From Octopus vulgaris (taxonomy: Eukaryota), in contig OX597815.1 in NCBI GenBank assembly GCA_951406725.2, positions 79,670,001-79,734,000 of the forward strand: DNA of 64,000 bases, written 5' to 3'. The position numbers were made by a program, and so were the translations under genes. Of the stretch, positions 55,740-64,000 are shown piece by piece; position 1 is the stretch's first letter, and every line of letters starts with the position of its first letter. The notes beneath the pieces are model-generated. The model was not told where the DNA came from. It was given only the letters and a program-made list of their open reading frames with translations, and ran no database searches.

Positions 55740-57975
55740 TCAACATTCGATTCTGTCCAAGTCACCAACTTCGTTGGACTATACATTCTCCATCAGCTCC
55801 GAATACATTTCCCTAACATCAAAGGAGGCCTCTACAGAGATGACGCCCTGCTAGTCACAAAGTGCATTAATAAATCCTCTTTAGAACAAGTTTGGAAAGA
55901 TCTACACAAATTCTTCTCTAACCTCAACCTATCTATTACTTTTGAAAATTCCCACATAACCACTAATTTTTTTAGAAGTAGCTTTAAACCTTCCAATACT
56001 CCCCATATCAGAAACCTAACTATACCTTAAGTACTTAAACATTCATTCCAATTACCACAAATCCACCTTTGATAATATAGTTAAGGGTATCTCGATTCGT
56101 ATATCTGACCATCCACTGAGGAAATATTCAATAACCACGCCCTATATTACAACCAAGCGCTCGCTGCCAGCGGCTTCTCCCAACAAATAAAATACCTCTT
56201 TAATACTAGGCTCAAGAAACATATATGTCAAATCATATCACAACGATATGCCGACCATCAGAATCACAACAGATCACACATACACTACACTAGAACCCGG
56301 GAGAACCCAGATTAAGACAACTTAGACTACACACGCACATATAGTTAACACTAGGTGGTTATTGAATATTTCCTCAGTGGATGGTCAGATATACGAATCG
56401 AGATACCCTTAACTAACACTAGGTCAAAAGCTAAAACATCTAACAATAACGGGCCATATTACCCCACACTAATTTCTAACAATATAAATTACACTGGTCC
56501 TAAGCAAAGAAAAAAAGCGGCGGACGCTTTATTCTATGGTATACACCTCACTTCTCTCTAAACGTTAAGAACTTAGCTAAATCCTTTTTTAATGTATAGG
56601 ACTCCACTTCCCTCGTTAATATAAATATTGCTCTATATTTAATAGCTCTACCTTAAAGCTATCTTACTCCTCTCCGCCCAAATTTCAGTCTGTCATAACA
56701 GCCTCTAATAGACGAAAACTTTCTATTATCAAAATTTACACTGTAACAACTCTGAACACACGAATGCCCAACATACACATAGGTTCAATATCAAACCTCA
56801 TAATTTAGACCACAACTGAAACCCAACCAATCCCACTAACACAAACCAGAATACTACTACCATCTCTTCCACCACTATTACAGATAGGATAAATAACAAT
56901 AATGATAGAAATAGTAATGATGATAGTAATAATAAGGTTAATAACGTAGACCAATCTACCCATATTTAATAATCAGGCAATAATCTAGAAGCTCTGCGTT
57001 GGCAAGACTTGAAAAATATGGAAAAAGTAAAAGGGGTACAGAGAACTCGCCGTGAGGAATGGAATATCCAACATTTCGGATTCAATCCTTCGTCAAGGGG
57101 CAGAGAAAAAGAGAAGAAAAAGTGAAAAAAGTCAAACAGAGTTTACATCCCTTAACTTGAAAAACTGGCTGCAACTGATAATGGACGCAGAATAACACGG
57201 GCTGCTAACATGAAACAGAAGTTATCGGAGAGGGCGTGCAGAAAGGAAAAGGGTGATGGAGAGAGTAGAGGTAAGTAAATACGGGAATGTTGCAGAGAGA
57301 GTGTGGAAGGAGGATTAAAAAGGGTAAAAAAGAATTAAGAGGAGGTGAAAGGATGTTTGGCTTTTCCTCTTTTTCTTTTCTTTTTCTCTGTCCCCTGACG
57401 AAGGATTGAATCCGAAACGTTGAATATTCCACTCCCCACGGCAAGTTCACTGTATCCCTTTACTTTTTACCTGCATCTAACTTCTCCTTAGACAGCATTA
57501 CCTCCTCTATTCCTGAGAATACTCCCCACAATGCACTACTATGTAACTGCCGCCCTGGGACCATCTGCTCTCTACAAACCCGTTGCCGAAGACCTAACGT
57601 AATTCATAAATGCACCGCCCTCAACACGTCACACAATTCTACAACCATATATATAGAGTCAACTATAAATTTTAAACAGCGATACGCTGCGCATCTCAAT
57701 TCTTTAAGATATAAGAAACGCAGTAAATCCACAACACTCGCCAGTCACATACATCATCATAAAAATAGAAATACTTCTTGCAACTTGTCCTGGTCCATAA
57801 AAGATTCAGGACTTCCATACCAGAGTCAACGCTCAACCTGTAAGCTATGCCTAAAAGAGGTTTTCCACATAGTAAAACACAACTCTTCAATACTACCAAA
57901 TAAATATAACGAGGCCGTAGGTACATGCAACCACCGGTTTTTTTTTCATACCTTCAAATTTTACCACAAATCTAA
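55740..57975 (+). mobile_element. Old Penelope-like element (Neptune-like) relic
   Basis: RT motif GLYRDDALLV at ~55827. Endonuclease region CNCRPGTICSLQTRC...NVIHKC...YIEST.NFKQRYAAHLNS...WSIK...Y...CKLCLKE...CNHR at 57542-57940. Heavily decayed. Confidence 0.8.
57020..57471. repeat. Insertion with ~118-bp inverted arms, each carrying a hammerhead-like core
   Basis: 57020-57138 is the reverse complement of 57354-57471. The right arm has CTGACGA-A-GGAT-TGA-ATCC-GAAACGTT (57395-57421). Confidence 0.8.
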
Positions 57976-58292
57976 ATGCAACCTAAATCACCACACAGTA
58001 CGTATCTCGAACGCAAGGAATGAACCTATTTGACTTTCCATTGTCTCCGTTTTTAATTTTTTAACTCTCCAAGCTTATTTTTTAATTGTTTAATAATACA
58101 TATATAGACTTGTATACATGTATGCGTGCATGTATATGGATGTGTATACAAACACATATATGTATATGTGTGTGTGTGCGCGCGTGGGTGTGTGTGAGTG
58201 TGTGTGTGTATATACGTGTGTGTATATACGTGTATGTATGCATATGTATGTATATGTACGCATGTGTATGTGTGTATGCATATATCTATGTG

Positions 58293-58360
<68 letters not shown>

Positions 58361-58878
58361 TATATGCGTATGGGTTTAAGTACATAAGTATGCGGGCCTA
58401 TATAATAGTGAATATACACACGTATATGTATGCGAGGGCGCGCGAGTATATCAATATACATTTCTTTCTTTCTCTCTGTGATTCCTCAGCACCCCCCACT
58501 ACCACATTAGCCAGCACAATAAATACCTCCGGCTATTTTTAGAAACTTGACCATTATATCTTATTCTTCCCTTCTTTTTGGAGGATCACTTCTTACTTTA
58601 GTAACTCCACCCCTTCTGTACCCATCACTCCACCTTAGTGCCTTTCAAACATATCACCCCACCTCCCACTCTTCACACATATTCATTCCTTACATTCTTA
58701 TCTCTTCCTATCCCTCCCCTACTCCTTTCCCTCCTTCTCACAATATCTTGACCACCAAGTAACACTCCTTTTTTTTCATTTTCACTTCCTCTTTCTTTTT
58801 TCTTTCTTCTCTCCTCGCCTGTTCCTTTTGAATAGCACTTACATAGCCTTATCTGTCACCTTGGGTCTTCTGGATACC

Positions 58879-59106
58879 TATTTCTTTATTACCCATAAAG
58901 GGCTAAACACAGAAGGGACAAACAAGGACAGACTTGGTATTAAGTCGATTACATCGACCCCAGTGCGTAACTGGCACTTAATTTATCGACCCCGAAAAGA
59001 TGAAAGGCAAAGTCGACCTCGGCGGAATTTGAACTCACAACATAACGCAGACGAAATACCGCTAAGCATTTCGCCCGGCGTGGTAACGTTTCTGCCAGCT
59101 CGCCGC
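58879..59106 (-). mobile_element. tRNA-derived SINE (family of 16320-16968) with 12-bp TSD
   Basis: Full head and body. CTTCTGGATACC is duplicated at 58867-58878 and 59107-59118. Confidence 0.88.
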
Positions 59107-59149
59107 CTTCTGGATACCAATACCTTTCTTATATATATAGGGTAAAGAC

Positions 59150-59470
59150 ACTCTTCGGTCATAAATGACCATGAGGTTGCACCTATAAGGTTACCCTCCG
59201 AGGTACAAGTCCAGCCAAGGTTGTCTATGGAAGACCAGCGATCGGCTATGCATACCAGTTTCCCCTCTCCGCGCTACTGATGTCATCTAAGGGTAAGGCA
59301 GAGGCCGATACAGCTTGGTACCAGTGACATCGCAACTCATTTCTACAGCTAAGTAGCAACATGAAATAAAGTGTCTTGCTCAAGGACACAACACACAGCT
59401 CGGTTCGAGAATCAAACTCACTATCTCGTGATTGTGAGCCTGACTCTCTAACCACTGAGGCATGTGCCTT
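59150..59470 (-). mobile_element. tRNA-derived SINE with CORE-like block
   Basis: Minus-strand head GGCACATGCCTCAGTGGTTAG...GTTTGATTCTC followed by TGTGTCCTTGAGCAAGACACTT. Confidence 0.75.
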
Positions 59471-60860
59471 CACAATATATATATGTGTGTGTGTGTGCGT
59501 AATTGTGTCTGTGCGTGCGTGTGTGTATGTATGTGTATGTGTGTGTGCGTATTTGTGCCTATGCGTGTGTCTGCTTGTGTCCGTACGTGTGTGTATGTGA
59601 GTGTGTCTGTGCGTATGTGTATGTGTGTGTGTGCGTACTTGTGTCTGTGCGCGTGTGTGTGATTGCGCGCGTGCTTATGTCAGTGTGTGTGTGTACTTGT
59701 GTCTGTGCGTGCGTGTGTGTGTGTTTATTCCCCACCACCCCTTGATAACTGGTGGTGTTGTGTAAATGTGCCCTTAACTTAGCGGCTTGGTAAAAGAGAC
59801 CGATAGTTTAAGTACCAGGCTTTTAAAAAAAGAAGTACTGGGATCGATACATTCAACTAAAATTAAAAGACGGTGCTCCAGCATGGCTGCAGTCAAATGA
59901 CTGAAACAAATAAAAGATAACAGATAAGGGTGGAGAACATCAAATATGGTGCTGCAGCTAACACTTAAATACCCAACTATAGGCCAAAGATGCATTCATA
60001 ATACATACATTCATACAATATACATACGTATATTATTGACGACATTCCAGCAAGATTTATATCAAAGTAATAAGTATTACTTATTAAGGTGGAGTACAAT
60101 CTATGTACTCACAATTGTGCCTCACAGATCAATCATTCCTCCTTCATCATGTTATCAGAATAGATCCATATATTCTCCTCTTTCACCATAGGAATTTCCT
60201 GAGAAAGCTATTGAAAATCACCTGTCAAGACGGAGGTCGTCTTTCGAGTGATCTGCCAAGCATTTACACGCAGGTGAGGAGAGCGTAAGTCAGGTGAGCT
60301 TGCCACCTCGTTTGAATGCTTGACACGCGGCTCTCCAGGAGCCAGTTTTACAGCGAACTGGTGGAAGGCAAGCGCACGCAAGGTAAACAGAAAAAGCGCT
60401 CAAAGGCTCGCTGAAGTACTTTGAAATTAACCCCGTCTCCTGGGAAACGCAAAGGAATCGCTAACAGAGTGTCATTAGTGCCCGTGCAAATGTTTTAGGT
60501 CGAGTGCAGCTTTCACAACACTGCTACGACTCTCACTAGCAATACAAAGAAACCTAGAGATAAGCAAAGCGCTTAGTTGAGCAGCGGGTTTTATATACGA
60601 GTTAACCGTCTCCTAGAGTGATACTTTGACAAAAACCAAGGGTTCTACATTTCCAGTGGGCTTACTGCGCTCTCGGACACCAACCCGAGTATTTCAGCGT
60701 TCCGGTGCATACACACACAACGGAATTTCACACAGTTACCGCGTATCAAATTCACTCGCACACATACATACATGCGTACATGCATGCATGCATACAAGCA
60801 TGCATACATACATACATGTATACATACATACATACATACATACATACATACATACATACA

Positions 60861-60891
<31 letters not shown>

Positions 60892-60926
60892 GTACATATA
60901 CGCAAACATGTATGCATAAATCATTT

Positions 60927-61002
60927 ATGTTTCGGCTGATATGCCCTCCAGCCTTCATCAGGTGCCTTAGGGAAATTTGGAACCTGGGTTCTCATTCCTA
61001 AG
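60927..61002 (-). repeat. Inverted partial copy of the hammerhead-bearing repeat
   Basis: Minus strand CTTAGGAATGAGAACCC...CACCTGATGAAGGCTGGAGGGCATATCAGCCGAAACAT matches 61251-61326. Confidence 0.85.
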
Positions 61003-61099
61003 CAGACTGTGTGCAGACACGAATAGCATATGGGAGCCAGTATTAAGGAAGTATAGGAAGTATAGGAAAATATTAGCCCTAAAATTCAGTCCATAATTG

Positions 61100-61170
61100 C
61101 CCACGGGCATATGGCGTAGCGGTTAAGAGTTCGATTCCAGGCAGTGACCTGAATAATAATAATAATAATG

Positions 61171-61237
<67 letters not shown>

Positions 61238-61395
61238 CATCGAAAAATACCTTAGGAATGAGAACCCTGGTTCAAAGTTTCCCCAAGACACCTGATGAAG
61301 GCTGGAGAGTATATCAGCCGAAACGTTGTGTTAACAAAAAAACAAGATGATGACAAATATCTGTACATAATTCCTCATCTCTTAAATATAGAAAT
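61100..61395 (+). mobile_element. SINE-like element: tRNA-like head + (AAT)n + hammerhead-containing tail
   Basis: A-box TGGCGTAGCGG and B-box GTTCGATTCC (spacer shortened), (AAT)n at 61152-61234, HHR at 61287-61332. Confidence 0.65.
61287..61332 (+). ncRNA. Minimal type I hammerhead motif
   Basis: GACAC-CTGATGA-A-GGCTG-(10 nt)-CAGCC-GAAACGTT-GTGTT: 5-bp stems I and II, ACGT palindromic stem III, GUU site. Confidence 0.75.
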
Positions 61396-62571
61396 GTATG
61401 CATAAATACACGCATACATACATACATACATACATACATACATACATACATACATACATACATACATACACACGCATACATAAAGAGGATATAACTACGA
61501 ACAACTATTTCAAAACTTCCATGTTCTAAATCCGGAAAATAAGTTTACTTTGGCATCAATAATAATTGCTATACTTGGCTTTGTTGGTTATGGTTAAGCT
61601 GGGGGGTTTTCAGAAAAAGAAACCAGCCAGCTAACTCGCACATTAACATTACAATCTGTAAGCGGAACAGTAAAAATATGCAAGACTTTTTCAAGTTTAA
61701 GATATGAATTTCTTTTTGTAATCTATATTCCATCGATAAAGCCTCGTATTTTTGGGAGAAACCAGCTTCTTCCTTGCGGAATGATTTCAAATAATTAAAA
61801 ATAGGCATGAACGTACGTATACACACATACGAGTATGTATATGCGTGAACGTGTGTGTGTGTGTGCCATAACTCATTGAAGAAAATTTAATGATAATAAA
61901 AGGTATGCATATGGTCAGAAAGGAAGCACATGGCGTTTATATTCGTTAAGCTATTAAACAAACACTTTGCTCCAGTATTGCCGCAGTCTAATGATTGAAA
62001 CAAGTAACAGAAAAGATAAAAGAAAAAATACGGTGACACTCATTCCTGCAATCATATTTAGACACACACACACACATACACACACACAAGCACACACATA
62101 CACACACACATACACACAAATGCCCGCACGCACACACGTCAAAATATTACTGTGTAATTGTAATTAGAATAAAATAAGAACAAGAGGAAGAAAGCTAGTT
62201 TATACACTCATACATACTTGCATACATACATACATACATACATACATACATACATACATACATACATACATACACAGACACACATATGCTGACATACACA
62301 TATACATGCATATACCCCCGTATACATACATCAATATATATATATATACATACATACACACACACACATATATACGATGGAAAGAAATTAATGTGTATGG
62401 TAGAAGAGAAAGTGAAAGAGAAAGAAAGAAATAAAGATTGGGAGAGACAAAGAAAGTGAGAGAGAAGAAGAGAGAGAGAAGAGAGAGAGAGTAGGGAACA
62501 TCCAGAAAGAAAAAAAGAAAGAGAAGTGAAACTAAGGAATGAAGGGAGTAGTACACGCGACTGCTGGGTAG

Positions 62572-62645
<74 letters not shown>

Positions 62646-62971
62646 GAAGGGAGAGAGAAAGAGAGGGAGAAAGGATAAGGCATGGTACGGGAGATTATAT
62701 GCAAGGAAAGAAATTGTGATATGGTTGTAAATCAAATTTCCCCTCTGAAACCTGTTGCGAATGATCATTTGGTATGTGTTTAACGGGTCTGCAAAAATAT
62801 GAAACAATGCCAATCCCCATACATGTACACAAACACACACATAAATGCACACACACACACACACAGACGTACAAATATATACAGAAACAAGCATATATAT
62901 AATTATAAATATATATACATACATACATATATATCTATATATGTATATCTATATCTGTATGTATATGTATA

Positions 62972-63126
<155 letters not shown>

Positions 63127-63145
63127 GTATATATATATATGTATG

Positions 63146-63249
<104 letters not shown>

Positions 63250-63945
63250 TCTATACAGATATACATATACATACAGATATACAGATATATATGTATATAT
63301 ATATACATACATACAAATACGAATATAAGTCCGTTTATGTTTGTGAGTTCTACGTGTATGTGTGAGTGTGTAGACATGTGTGTGCTAATTGCTCCGGTGT
63401 TGATTTCTGAGTACTGACGTAACCTTTGAACATGTAACAGATGCGCACATATATAATACAAACATAGATGTATACATACGTGCATGCATTCACACATACA
63501 TATAGGCGTATATATCTAGTTGCCTCGTCAGCTGAAGCGCAATTGCTGTGAAAATGACGTCTACTGAGGCAGAAACTCATGTCCGAGACTGTCTTTTTCT
63601 AAATAGCATATAAATGTTGGAGAATTCCAAAGTCCTAAAATTACCTCCCCTTTTCATTTGGGGTTGTTACCTGTTGCCCCCAATCGATTACTTTATCTCC
63701 TTTGGAAGTGGAGAGATTATCAAAGCATCAAGAATTTAACCTATATGTCATTTAATATATGCTTATTCATCTTTGCTATTCAAATATATGGCATTAGACA
63801 CTAAGTTATTTCTCTTCTCTCATTTTGTCTCATTTATACAAATTATCTATACCACAAAGGTGTTCTCATTTTAGTGTATGTCTAAATTTCGCGTCCGTTG
63901 AGGATGAGCTACAACTATTGCAATACTGATGACACCTAAGAAACG

Positions 63946-64000
<55 letters not shown>

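Overview
AT-rich, microsatellite-saturated eukaryotic DNA (intergenic or intronic). The tRNA-derived SINE families and repeat density suggest a cephalopod such as Octopus; this is inference. No host gene can be supported, and nearly all listed ORFs are microsatellite artefacts. The recognisable content is transposons: three Penelope-like elements (RT plus GIY-YIG, one nearly intact with ~780-bp inverted pLTRs), a decayed Ty3/Gypsy, an internally deleted Helitron with both termini, a Tc1/mariner with TIRs, a Merlin-like transposase relic, RTE LINE 3' fragments, several MITEs and many SINEs. The main hidden signal is about 12 type I hammerhead-ribozyme (HHR) motifs. They include one canonical copy (52407-52488, minus), a UUGAAAA core (C3-G8 pair swapped to U3-A8) shared by two divergent Penelope families, and a tRNA-headed SINE-like element with an HHR tail. 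All structures were read by eye and none was folded or searched computationally.
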